NCBI GenBank assembly: GCA_976551045.1
Contig: CDPCPM010000037.1
Span: 17,360,001 to 17,424,000 of the forward strand
Source of the DNA: Glaucostegus cemiculus
Taxonomy: Eukaryota
Direction: 5' to 3'
DNA length: 64,000 nucleotides
A model generated the notes under the pieces. That model ran no database searches, was not told the DNA's origin, and saw only the letters and a list, made by a program, of their open reading frames with translations. Shown here piece by piece: positions 50,234-63,108 of this stretch (the first letter of the stretch is position 1; each line of letters opens with the position of its first letter). The position numbers were made by a program, and so were the translations under genes.

Positions 50234-53200
50234 CCATACCTACAAGAGCTACCACTAGAGGTGACATGCCAAACAAAGTACCCATTTTAAGCAACAATCC
50301 ATTTTAAACAACTTAAGCAAGAAATTGGATGGACTGAAAATAATTTTCCCCCTGTATTTTCAGCACAGTAATTATTTCAGAAAAGCTGAGATGCAATTTC
50401 TCCTCGAGGAAACAGAAAAAAATACACTTGAGATATGTCAAAATTAAAACTATTGTATTTACATTCCAGCCTAATGGTTTGAAAATTATCCCTAAACTGT
50501 TCCTGGAAAGCCTGTGATGAACATCCAATCAAACATCAACCAGTAGGAAAGGATATACAAACACATTCTCTGGTAGAGTTAAACTAAATAATGATAAGCA
50601 AGTGCCCAACTGATTTTCTACCACTAAATCAAGAGCAATAAAATTAATTCCCTGACTAGGATCAGTGCAAACAAGGGCTCAGATTTAGAACTTTACAAAT
50701 TAAAATGGTTTAGCACAATATTAAGAAATATAATACACTATGATATAAACATCAGACATTTTTGACAGGTGACTAAGCTTCCATTGGTGTGACATGTTCT
50801 GTCTAAATTGAGCCCACAAAAAGAAAACAGTATTTGTTTAGGGTGCATGGGGTTGATGGAGTGGGTCTGAAGTGCAAATGAATTCATTAAATTTATTCAG
50901 TTTTTGCCCTAAATAAATGTCTATAAAGTAAATGCCAATAACTATCATATAATTGCTTTCAGACATTGACACAATATTGTTAATTTAGAAAAAGAATTAT
51001 CTGTTAGAAATCACTGAAATTATGAGACAGAAGGAAAACCATTTGGACCAATATGCCTCTGGCAGGGTTAACACTTTAACTGAAACTCGTTATTCTACTC
51101 TCATTTCCCAGCACTTCTTAGCAATCTTTTTAAAGACATTTTAAAACAATTATCAATATCTTTTTAAAATTATGTTACATAGCCTCATTTAAAGGCAAAT
51201 TTACAATTCTAATTATAAAAACTTCTGCCTTAATGGTTACTGTACTCAATTTATAACTCCATACAGTGATTCCCTAATCAGTGGGCATAAAATCCTGCTT
51301 TGTATATTTTCTCAAAGCCTTTTATAAATCTTGATCCATTCAGATCCTTCAACTTTGAAAACACGAAAAAAAAATACAAATGCTAGAAGTACAAAATGAA
51401 AACCAAAAATTGTATAGAAAAAGAATTAACATTTCAGACCTGGGGTTCAGTTTATATGTCATTGTTTAGGCACCAATCTGTGTCTTACTGGAGAAGTGAC
51501 AATCATATAAATGAATACTGCACCAACACTGTTAGCCTGGACCTTATAAAAATCGGTTAACAAGCACTTTGACAAACCAGATTAAATTTTTCTATCTTAA
51601 ATGAAATAAATATAGTTTCTTAAATTTCCAAGCCCTAATATCTTTGTTAATTACAAAATTCAGTATCAAATCAATACAATTATTTATCGCATTGCACATT
51701 ACAAGTTTTGCCCATAAATATCAGATTACGACCCACAAGTACCAAGTCATAGATTCACAATTGTGGCGTTCAATTTGTGGTGAGCTTCAAAAATGCAAAC
51801 CAAGTTAGTCACAAATATTGCATGCTACATCAACAACACCATGACCAATTTCACTGTTGCACTCTCTTAAATAATCATATTATGTGACACGGATATCAGT
51901 TGAGTGTTTTTTCACATCTCTCCCATAAGGGTATATTACATGGTGTCTGCATTAGAAAGCCCACTTACAAGTACTGCCCTTGGCCAGGCCAAAGTGGACT
52001 TATGGTTTATCAAACTATCCAAAAGATCTGAGCAAAGTTTTACTGAAAATAATTTAAAATATGTATTTAAGTTTCATGGGGGGGGAAGAGGGGAAAGAGT
52101 ACATCTCAGAACTTAGGAGGAAGGAATTCATTCTTGAGGTAAGTTTTTCTTGCAAAGATCACATCTACTGTTGTTAAGGCCTTCCTTTTGAACTGCTACT
52201 GAACATCTAACGTTAGCATTTATATAATAGTTCGGTCAGAATTTAGTCCTAGAGAGAATGCAGGACCCACAAAATATACTCAGCTCAAGACAGTGTGTGG
52301 TCTTCTAGATGACAGAAGAGATGGGCATGTAAGAAGAAACAGCAAGTCATTGTAATGTATTGCATAAGTGGACAATGGACGAAGCAAAATACTGTGCCCA
52401 GATGGTACCAAGCACCTTAAGTACAAGACAGATGCACCCATCAAGGAAAGTTGGAAGTACTCTGTCACTTGCCCAACTTGTACCTTGCAAGTGGCAAAAA
52501 GCTTGAGAGTCAGATGAAACATTCTGCATAATACTAAGTTTTGATATGATATTAATACGAATTCAGTTTATTTTTTAGTCAATTATGTTCTTGAAAAATA
52601 TTGATGGTGGGGACTCACTGATGGTAATACCACCGAATTCAATACGAGATGGTTTGCTTTTCTTTATTGGAGATGGTTGTTGCCTGCCACATGGTTGGCA
52701 CAAATGCAACTTGCTGCATGCACAAATAAACTGTTTCATTTCTGAGGAATTCAGTACATGTTATGATTACAGAACTTTTACACGTGTATTTTCCTTACCA
52801 TTTAATTTCTTTAAAGTATTGCAGCCCCTGATTGACCATGTATCAGTAACCATTTTTGAAATTCTTGTTATGTTACATAAACTTCAGAGTTCAATATTAA
52901 ATGGACACAAGATTCCCCTAAAAGCAATTTTCCAATTAATCTATCAGTCCTCTTAACAAGAAACAGTGGTTGAATACCATTCTAATGCTGCTGCAAATTT
53001 GTACAAAATAATTTTTCTTAAAATCCAATTATTCACAGTAATAAAATTAATTCATCTGCTCCACCATTTTAGGAAAATGTTCTGAAAATATATAACTGCA
53101 GATATTTTTAAATCACTATGGATTTACTTTTAGAATTTTTAATGTTATTCATAACCCATAGAACAGGAAACAGAAATTTAAACAATACAATCAAAATGTA

Positions 53201-55824
53201 AAAGCAGTCCTTTCAGTGTTTTTTTACATACAGAATTAGAACATGGGATTCAAAAAGGCAATTCAGGTGTAGTATTAAAGTAGGGCTTTTATAGTACTAA
53301 AATATAAAAAAATTATAGTTAAAATATAACCAACCAGAATATCTTTTTAAACAAGGAATTTCATATTATGGAGAAAAACTGTCAGGTATGGTGCAATCAA
53401 GTTTATACAGTTTAAACTGACATTCCCTGCTTTCCCCAGCCTTTTTGTGCTAAATTTTCTCACAAAAACATTATTAACCTGCTTTATGTGACTGATGTAC
53501 ACATAAAACTAGATTATTCATTTTAAATGTGATTAATTATATTTTGTTAACCAAAGGGCATTGAGAACAAGGTAGTCAAAGTCAGAGTTGAATCAGACAT
53601 TATCTCATTGAATGGCAGAAAGATGCAAGAAGCAATATATATACCCAGTATCTACAATTCTTTTCCTTTAACCAACCTCACATTTAGATTTATTTTCTAG
53701 GATGCCTGGGACTTATTTCAATTTTACCAGAATAATCTTTAACTACACAGAAACATTTCAGCTGTTTTAATAGGTAGGGAGCTAAAACTGATGGCCAGAA
53801 TGCTATTCAGAATTATGAAGATTACTACTCTTGGGCTGTTATTTTATTCAAATATTCAGCTTTTGAAAATATTCACATGATTTTGCAAGTATAGACCAAA
53901 CAACTAAAAGATTCTTTATTCTGAATATTAAGAAAATTCAATACATGGTTAGCCACTGTGTAATTTTCAGTTAACTCTGGGAATATTTGGGGGAAGTTAA
54001 CATAATAAACTTTAAGTTATCTGCCACATCTAATAACGTGTGCAACCCAAGGCGAGCAACAGCAAGTACTTTTAACATTAACTCATTTGGAGCACTTAGT
54101 AAATTTCTTTGCAATAGACAAAATTCAATAGTAATCTAGATCACAAAATAATTAATCATAATAAATGCAAATATGAACTAATTGATCTGAACTTGCATTA
54201 AATTAAAAATAAAGAGGCAATTACTACAGATAGTAGGTTCTTGAATGGATCTGCAAACCATCCAATGACCAAGCAAGTCACATGAACCAGGATGGTCTCA
54301 GTTTGATACTGTGTGCCAAGTTAACTGATGCATTGGCAGACATACCATTATTGGCCTCACTGCCCTGGAATAAGGAAGGACATTCAAATGAGGTTCTGGA
54401 TTCCAATCACCATCACATAACACCCGCCAGAAATGCATGCATAAGAACATTGGACAAGTCTGGAATGAGGCAGCAACAACAATCTGTTGTCCTGTACTAT
54501 AATCTTCCAGTATTTGGTCAAGGATCGACCAGAATACTTGGGTAAAGTATTTCAAGAATTATTGCTCAACAAGGCCATAAACAGGAAGAGAGAGACCTTC
54601 CTGTGAACTGAACAAATAACTAACATAATTTTAAAAATGTAACTTATTGGAGAGATCCAACAGGTTGTTTGTTAGTAAGATTTCTGATCAAGTGACTTCT
54701 AAATAGTAAATGAAATGTAACAGTGGGTGAATTTAAGTCATTTGTTTTTACATCCAATGCATGGCACTATGACAGAACCAACCTACAAAACAGTAAGTTA
54801 CTTCAGTAGAACAAAAGCATTACAAAATAAATAGCAGAGCGATCAGCAACATTCCATTAGTTATGATCCAAAAAATAATAATTTTTTTTTAAATCATTCA
54901 ATTAACAGTGCTAATATACTATGGAAGCAAAAATGACTAAATGTCATCAAGGGAATCCAGATGTACAGAAACTGCTCAGTTACTGAACGTGATGACTTTG
55001 GACATTCACCAGACTGAAAGGCACATAAAAGCTGATTAACAGGAATTATCATTAGTTCTTCAGCTACTTCACCATACAGTGATTCCTATTTCAGAAATAA
55101 AAACATATCTTGATTTTTTCTTTGCAGAAAATACTCCAAGAATGGCACCCAGAGAACTGGATACATGTTTGAGGGCTCAATCATGAAAGCTTCTTTAAAA
55201 GGAGTGTGAAGATGTATGGCACCATGAAAATGCAAAATTAGAGCACCAAACATTGAGATTTTATCAAATATAATTAATTTGTGGCATCAATATTAATAGT
55301 ACAACTTTCCAATAATAAATGAAGGTGTGCAGTTCCTCATCTTTTGGTATGGAACATTAAAAGGATGCACTGTTTATCAAATAATGTTAGTGGCTTCAAA
55401 TGGCAGTTGTATAACTGACTGATGTTTAAAATAGTAAATATGATTGGCACAAACATTTTTCCCATTAGATGAAATAGCTGACTACTTTCATAACATAAAA
55501 AATGTATACTTTCATTGATAGGTTCACTTTGTATCCTAACACTACATTTAAAATGTACACAAATCTTAAACAAGCTCTATCCTAAAGTCCAAATAAAAGT
55601 ATTTTTAGATCTACTGGAAGCCTCATAATACACACACACAATGTTTTGCTCCCCCAATTAATTCTACACTTCTGTAAAGTACATGTGTACAGAACGCAAC
55701 TTTTTAAACTACTATAATCACACCTTACAAAAGATTAAAAAAAGTTCTCCCCATTTATTATAGCTGCATTTGACAGGTTAGACAGCCCCCAGATCTCTAT
55801 ACATGAAATATGCAACAGACTCAC

Positions 55825-55904
55825 CTGATTAGACTGACTGCTTAGGTATGGCTCAAAATCATTGTCGTGCACTGTATCCTTTTGATGCAGAGAACCATTT
55901 TGCA
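55825..55904 (-). CDS. YTHDF1: YTHDF1 coding exon 3 (80 nt)
   Basis: [27 protein letters not shown]; TTTTGCAG| acceptor and CAG|GTGAGT donor; frame consistent with the neighbouring exons. Confidence 0.98.
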
Positions 55905-56433
55905 CTGCAAAACAAGACATCCTAATAAACGTCCATATCGTTTCCATAAATCTTCAAAGATATTAAATATAAAACAAATCACAAATGTTGGAAATCAGCA
56001 GCAAAACAAACAAATATCCAACTGTTAAAACTACATGGTCACAACGTATTTCCAGCATTTTGTTTTGGAGAACGGCATTTTGCTAAATAAGGAAACAAAA
56101 AAAAAATCTCATTTCATTTAGACTGGTGAAGGTAAATTCGCCCCACAATTGCTCATCTGGATAAAACAAGGCAAAATCATTCGATCTTTGCTTTGTACAA
56201 ATCATCCAGTGCTGGGAAAACTTGGCCTTAACTCCTAACTTTACCCAACATTTCCGCCACATTTACTGCCAACGTGATTGCAGACCCAAGATCAGAGGAG
56301 ACGGCCCAGACGGGTAAAGGAAAGGGAGATCGATCTCTCCTCTAAAATGAAAAAGGAAGCAAACATTCAGGGCAACTTTATACTTTCTTTAATCCCCTCT
56401 GTGAGAGCCCGGGCCTCCAGGCCAGCATCTTAC

Positions 56434-56458
56434 CTTTATTCTCTTGTCCTTTTGCTCT
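56434..56458 (-). CDS. YTHDF1: YTHDF1 coding exon 2 (25 nt, RAKGQENK)
   Basis: CTAACCAG|AGAGCAAAAGGACAAGAGAATAAAG|GTAAGA; matches human RTKGQDNK. Confidence 0.96.
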
Positions 56459-56676
56459 CTGGTTAGGGCCACCAGACACATACACAGCGGCGGCGGCAGC
56501 AGCAGCAGCAAAATGGGAAGGAAGAAGAAGAAAAAACAAGCGTTAGTGCCCGATTGCTCCGGAACACCCGTGGCCTCCGCCGATGGAAGCGAGCCCGCCA
56601 CCCATCGCCCCCGTGAAGCAACCAGCAGGGGAGAGGGGGCACAACAAAGAGCCGGCCGCCCGCCGGCCCTGCCTAC

Positions 56677-56703
56677 CTGAGGGTCAACGCTTGTGGCAGA
56701 CAT
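56677..56703 (-). CDS. YTHDF1: YTHDF1 coding exon 1 (MSATSVDPQ)
   Basis: ATG at 56703, donor CAG|GTAGGC. The N-terminus and [15 protein letters not shown] motifs fit YTHDF1 rather than YTHDF2/3. Spliced CDS is 1683 nt = 560 aa. Confidence 0.97.
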
Positions 56704-57159
56704 GCTTCATTAACCACCGCCTGCTCCCGCTCAGCTGCAGACTCGCTATCCCAAGCGGTGTGGGGGTCGCCGAGCTCGGGCCGGAGCAGTAACCAGAGGC
56801 CGCCGTTTCTTCTCCTCTTCCCCCCCTCCCCCCAGCTTCAACTTGGCTCCTCGTCCGGATTTCTCAGACGTTTAACCCAATGGCGACCATACTCGGGTTC
56901 CAGTGACGTAGTACGCATTCCGCGCACCGACACTGACGGGAAGGGGCTGGGGTGGGGGGGGAGGAGTCCGCCACTATTGATTACGTGGTGCACATGACAA
57001 CCGGGATGGAGGAATGGACGGCGTTGCTGCCTTGCTCAGAGTCCGCACCAAACCCTGTTGTATCTTCACTATTCCTGCCCCCCCTCTCTCTGGCTCTGCG
57101 GCCTCTGCAGAGGCCTAACCTTGCACAACTTATGGCTACACTTCAGTAAGTTTTGGGCC

Positions 57160-59215
57160 CGACAGGATGTCGCGCTCTTCTTCTGCCGCCTTTACCTCCG
57201 TGCCTGTTCCTTGGGCAAAGGGACCTCAATCCCTGCTCTCTGACATCTCCAGCACCCCCCTAACACTTGGACACCCTCTTACGCTCTCCTGACCTTTTCA
57301 TTTTCAATTGCTGACGCGTTATTGACCGCCTTGACTTCTCCACTCCCCTCACTCATTCCAACCTTACCCCTCTGAACTCTCATTTTGCACCAATCTCAAC
57401 CTTATCATCAAGCCTGCAGATAAGGGTGATGGTGTTGTGATTTGACACCCAGACTTCTACCTCGCAGAGGCCAAACAGCAGCTCTTGGACACTTCCTCGT
57501 ACCTTTCCTTGGACCAGGACCCAACTAAAACACTAGGCCACTGTCTCCCAGACCATTACTGATCTTACTGCATCAGGTAATCGCCACTTCACAGCCTCCA
57601 ACTTGATAGTGCCCAATGCCACACTGCCTGCTTCTATCTCCTACCTAAAATCCACAAACAGGACTTTACCGGTAGATCTATTGTTTCTGCCTGCTCTTGC
57701 CCTACCAAACTTGTCTCTTCAAACCCTGACTCTGCCCTATCTCCCCATATCCATCCATTCCCACCTACATCCCAGACTCTTCTCACATCCTCCACTATTT
57801 TGACAACTTCTAATTCCCTGGTTCCCAGTGCCTCATTTTTACCATGCACGCCCAGTCTCTGTACATATTCATCCCTCATCAAGAAGGTCTTGGGGCCCTC
57901 CACTTTCTGGAACAAAGACCCAAACAGTTCCTCTCCACCAACAGTCTCATCTGCCTTGCAGAACAACTTCTTACCCAGAACAACTTCTCCCTCGATCCCT
58001 CCCACTTTCTACCAATCAAAGGCATAGCCGCAGGGCACTTGCATGGGCTCCATCCAAGCCTGTCTTTTTGTTGGCTATGTGGAACAGTCCTGTGCTGGCA
58101 CCCCTCCCCAACTCTTTCTCCACTACGTTGATGACTGCATTGATTCTGCTTCCTACACTCATGCAGAACTCATCGATTTGATCACCTTTGCCACCATCTT
58201 CCACCCTGGACTATTTCTGACACTTCTCTTTTTCTGGATCTCTCTGTCTCCATCTCAAGAGACAAATTATCCACCAATACCTACTCTAAATCTACAGACT
58301 CCCAGAGCTACATCACCTCCCACCCTGTCACCTGCAAGGACGCTATCCCTTTCAGTTTCTCCATCTCCATCGCATCTACTCTCAAGATGAGGTTCTTTTC
58401 TCCACCCCCAACCCCCCTTTCCTGCTTTCTGCAGGGATCACTCTCTCTGTTACTCTCTGGTCCGCACATCGCTTTCTACCCCTTCACTCCCTGTCCCCTG
58501 GTACTTTTTCCTGCAACTGTAGGAAGTGCAATACTTGTCCTTACACCTCCTCCCTCACCACCATCCAAGAATCTAAACAGCCCTTCCACATGATGCAGTG
58601 ATTCATGTGCACTTCCTCTAACCTGGTCTATTGCATTTAGTGCTCATGATATGACCTCTTCTACATTGGTGAGACCAAGTGGAAACCAAGCAACCATTTT
58701 GCAGAGGATCCACATCTTGTCCGCAATGGCCATCCTGAGTTTCTGGTTGCATGTCATTTCCATTCCCACAATGACCTGTCTGTCCTTGGCTTTCTCCACT
58801 GCCGTGGTGAGATCAAACACAAACTAGAATAGCATCTTGTATTCCTCTTGGGTAGCCAATGGCCCAATGACAGGAACATCAAATTTTCCAGTTTCAGGAA
58901 ACCCACTCCCTGTGTTACTTTTCCTCTCCCACCAGTCCACCCAGTTTCTATCTCCATTAACTCACTTTAATGTTCCTCCTGCCATTGTTACCTAGATTCA
59001 TGACCCTCCCCCACCTGGTTCCATCTGCCCATCACCCACATACCTATCTAAGTGGGTTTCTTTTCCCTTAGTTCCCTTTTTCCATCCCCTCCCCATCTGG
59101 TTCCATCTGCCCATTATCCCTCCCTTATCTGGTTCCACCTATCACGTACCAGACCTTGTCACTGCCTTTACCCCTCCCCTCCCATGCCTGGCTTCACCTG
59201 ACTATATTTTTCTTC
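57160..59215 (+). mobile_element. Penelope-like retroelement pseudogene (RT plus GIY-YIG endonuclease)
   Basis: KPADKG at 57410-57427, YVDD at 58124-58135, NLVYCI*CS*YDLFYIGET at 58620-58676; many stops and frameshifts; pyrimidine-rich 3' region with TGGTTCCATCTGCCCA repeats. Confidence 0.92.
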
Positions 59216-59739
59216 TTATATTTCTCATGTGGGAAAGGAGAGAATTGCAGTTAATGCTGCAGAATCTCCCAAATCTACTACCTAGTGCTAAAATAGAAAT
59301 GGTCAGAAACCTAATGTTCAGCTACTGCTTCCCTTTTTAACAGTGAGTTAAATTGCATGTAAAATAATGGTTGAAGAGAAAAGGAGAACTCTTCAGTTGC
59401 AGAGCTTGCAGTAAGATGCAAGTCATGCTCTTTTATAAATATAGCACATATTACTTAGGTATAATGTATGTTTGGCCTTGAGGCAGCAGACCCTAATATT
59501 TGTAAATCTGGAGACCAACGGCGCAAAGATCAGGTCAAAATCTGTGCCCAGCCTAAACCCTTACCCTACTTTTCTTGACCTGCAGCACCACCTCTTCCTT
59601 CACAATCCCTTGATCAGTTACCGCTTGTGCCCCCTTGGAATGGGAGGAGGAGGGAAAAATAGTTTTAAAGTGTTATAGTATTAGTCATTCCAGAAGTCCA
59701 CTCTGTTCAAAGATCCAGTTTGACCAAAAGTGGTGGGCT

Positions 59740-61066
59740 TTTGGAGAGGATTCTTAGGGACAGGATTTACGAGCATTTGGAGAAGCATAGTCTTATTAGG
59801 GATAGTCAGCATGGCTTTGTGAGAGGCACATCATGCCTCACGAGCCTAACTGAGTTTTTCAAAGAGGTGACCAAACAAAGGTAGAGTGGTGGATGTGGTG
59901 TAGATGGACTTTAGTAAGGCGTTTGACAAGGTTCTCCATGATAGGCGCATCCAGAAAGTCATGAGACATGGGATCCATGGAGACTTGGCTGCGTGGATTG
60001 AGAATTAGCTTGCCCACAGAAAGCAGAGGTTGGTAGTAGATAGAGAGTATTCTGCCTGGAGGTCATTCACTAGTGGTGTTCTGCAGGACCCCTGCTCTTT
60101 GTGATTTTTATAAATTATTTGGATGAAGAAGTGGAGCGATGGGTTGGTAAGTTTGCAGATAACACGAAGGTTGGAGTGTTGTGGATAGTGTAGAAGGTTG
60201 TCGTAGGTTACAACAAGATATAGACAGGATGCAGAGTTGAGTGGAGAAGTGGCAGATGGAGTTCAATCCGAACAAGTGTATAGCGATACACTGTAGAAGA
60301 TCAAACTTGAAGGTGGAGTACAAGGTTAAAGGCAGGAGTCTTAGCAGTATGGAGGAACTGAGGAATCTTGGGGTCCAAGTCCATAGTTCCCTTGAAGTTG
60401 CTGTGCAAGTTGATAGGGTGGTTAGGAGGGCATATGATGTTCTGGTCTTCATTGGTCAGGGGATTCAGTTCAAGAGCCACAAAGTAATGTTGCAGCTCTG
60501 TAAAGCTCTGGTTAGACCATACTGAAAGTATAGTGTTCAGTTCTGGTTGCCTGATTATAGGAAGGATGTGAAAGGTTTAGAGAGGGTGCAGAGGAGATTT
60601 ACCAGGATGCTGCCTGGATTAGAGAACATGTCTTATAAGGAAACGTTGAGCAAGCTAGGGCTTTTCTCTTTGGACTGATGGGGGATGAGAGGCGACTTGA
60701 TAGAGTTGTATAAGAATATGAGAGGCACAGATAAAGTGGACAGCCAACACCTTTTCCCCAGGGTGGCAATGGCCAATACCAGAGGACATCAGTTTGTCAG
60801 AGGAGGAAAGTTTCAGTGGGATGTCAGAGGTAGGATTTTTACACAGAGAGTGGTGGGTGCCTGGAACGCACTGCAGGGGGTGATGGTTGAGACTAATACA
60901 ATAGGGACATTTGAAAGACTCTTAGATAGGCACATGGATGTAAGAGAAACAGAGGGTTATGGGCTGTGTACGAGGGAACTTTTAGATTGATCTTAGACTC
61001 ATTCGGCACAACATTGGGCCGAAGGGCCTGTACTGAGCTATATTGTTCTATGTCATATGTTCTATG
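59740..61066 (+). mobile_element. 5'-truncated CR1 LINE (RT plus 3' tail)
   Basis: DFSKAFDKV, KFADNTK (60149-60169), EKWQMEFNPNKC and RGDLIELYK; tail GGGCCGAAGGGCCTGT...TTCTATG repeats. Confidence 0.95.
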
Positions 61067-61754
61067 AAAGATAGACGCCACAGTTTACATGGCAAAAGAA
61101 TATGCTCCCACTCTAATTTCCTCCCCATCGTAGGCCACCTTGCACCCACAAGTACACTTAATCCACATCCTTATGTTCTAACCCCAGATAACGCTATTGG
61201 CCTCTTAATTTCAGCCTTAGGTGAATTGCTGCCAAGGAGTCAAAGCAAGAGGATTTAACTTCACAAGAAAGAAGTGTGTAACACAGACCTTAAGTTGGCT
61301 CTGGCACCCTGCACCTGCTGCTGCTTTAGGCCTCTCATTTTGAGAGTCTTGATCTATGGAGTTCCTTCTCTAAATCTTCCATGCTCTTAGATGTTATTCA
61401 TTAATTTCCTCCTTTGGAAAAACACGGGAGAATGGTTATATGATTTAGTATAATAATGTAAGAAAAAGGAGCCAGTTATTCCTTCATATCTGCGCCACTC
61501 ATTAAGATTATAGATGATCTTCTACATCAAAGTCATGCTTCTACAGTATCCCCATACCTGTTTAAATATTGGGGCATGTATTTTTCTCTGTTTTGAATGA
61601 ACTTAAGGACTGAGCTTCTACAGAGCTGGCAGTGACCGGTAACTCAGTGACAACAAATATATTGTTTCCCTCAGCAGAGATATGAACTTATCAAAAGAAC
61701 CAATATTCCATTTTGCCAATGATCAGCCTGATCTATATCTCAACCACAAGAGCC

Positions 61755-62160
61755 AGTGCAACATCTACAAGAGGCATTGTCTCAGGAAGGCAATGTCCGT
61801 CATTAAGGACTCCCACTTTCCGGGCCATGCCCTCTTCTCATTGTGTCATCAGGCAGGAGGTACAGGAGCCTGAAGACCCACACCTCAAGGTTAAACAACA
61901 GCTTCACGCCCACTGCCACTTGAACTGACCGGAAAAACCCTAATTCTACCTCGGACTATATTTCCCTCAACTTGCACTGATGTCATTGCATTTACTTCTG
62001 GTTATTTTATCATGCAAGTTATGTATAATTTTATGTTAATTTAAGTTAATGTAATTAATGTTTGTAATATACTGTGCTGCTGCTGCAAAAAGCTAATCTT
62101 CATGGCATTTACACCCTGGGTATATATGCCCATGACAATAAATTTGAACTTGAACTTGAA
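61755..62160 (+). mobile_element. Rex1/Babar-like LINE 3' fragment
   Basis: IYKRHCLRKAMSVIKDSHFPGHALFS; tail GACAATAAATTTGAACTTGAACTTGAA. Confidence 0.85.
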
Positions 62161-62619
62161 ATCATCTGACCATGTTTCCAAGTCTCTGTTTTGCCAGCCC
62201 CATCCCTGAAACAAACCTGTTAAAGAGATAAATAACATTTTTTTTCTATTATGGTAATAAAATGCTGATTTCTGAATTGAAGCCCTGGCAAATGCTTATA
62301 TTTCCTGCTAGGACAGCTTCAGCATCTTCTTGAGTCTCTCAGAGTCAAGGATGAATTCCGTTTACATGATTCTGAAGTAACTAATGAATCCTTTGCAAGG
62401 ACTGCAGACTGCCACAGCTGGCTCTCAATGAGTGGATGGGTGATTAACTTGGATTATTGAATACTCCTTCTGCTCATTGTATGCTCCTGGTGCAGAGACA
62501 TAATGCTAGGGCCCCTCTCCAATGCTTCTTCACCAGTTTGAGCTGATTTGGGACAGGGATTCCCATGAGTTGGTGAGGATGTTACATTTTTTTACCAAGA
62601 AAGCTCTGAGGACATTCCT

Positions 62620-63108
62620 GAGACACAAGAAATTCTGCAGCTGCTGGAATCTGGAGCAATACATAAGAAGTGCTGGAGGAAAATCAACAGGTCAGATAGC
62701 ATCCGTGGAGGGAAATAAACAGTCAATGTTTCGGGCCAAGACCCTTCATCAGGACTGGAAAGGAAGAGGGCAGAAGCCTGAATAAGAAGGTGAGAGGAGG
62801 AGCACACACAGGCAGTTGATAGGTGAGTTCAGGTGAGAGGCGAATCCAAGTGAGAGGGTTAAGTTAGGTGGGCGGGGGAGGGGGAAAGATGTAATAAGCT
62901 GATAGGTGATAGGTAGAAGAGGCAAGGGGCTGAAGAAGAAGGAATCCGGTAGGAGAGGGCAGTGGACCATGGGAATAAAGGATAGGGGAGGAGAGGAGAT
63001 GGGCATCAAGGCAGGGAAAGGGAGCCACAGGAATTCAGCTAAGACAAAGGAGTGGGGGGAAGAAAAAGAAGCGGTAAGATTACTGGAAGTTAGAAAAGTC
63101 GATGTTGG
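62620..63108 (-). mobile_element. Penelope-like element 3' end (ORF C-terminus NIDFSNFQ*, 3' region, terminus)
   Basis: Minus strand AACATCGACTTTTCTAACTTCCAGTAA matches the ORF end of the 57160 element (NIKFSSFR at ~58875), linking this terminal repeat family to the PLE. Confidence 0.85.
62720..62757 (-). ncRNA. Minimal type I hammerhead ribozyme motif (best-preserved core)
   Basis: CAGUC-CUGAUGA-A-GGGUCUUGGCCC-GAAAC-AUU-GACUG. Confidence 0.75.

Larger units (their letters stand above)
56270..57200 (-). promoter_or_regulatory. YTHDF1 CpG-island promoter / 5' UTR
   Basis: GC/CpG-rich island over exons 1-2; CRE-like TGACGTA 56904-56910, CCAAT 56877-56881 overlapping YY1-like ATGGCG, G-rich Sp/KLF-like tract ~56943-56966; no TATA seen. 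Confidence 0.85.

Noticed and set aside
54245-54545. GC-richer block in intron 3 with ORFs on both strands
   Set aside because: Resembles an old SINE-like repeat; no convincing splice sites or protein similarity.
56389-56703. 104-aa ORF starting at the YTHDF1 ATG
   Set aside because: Read-through of the GC-rich 218-nt intron 1; it frameshifts exon 2 and has low-complexity content.
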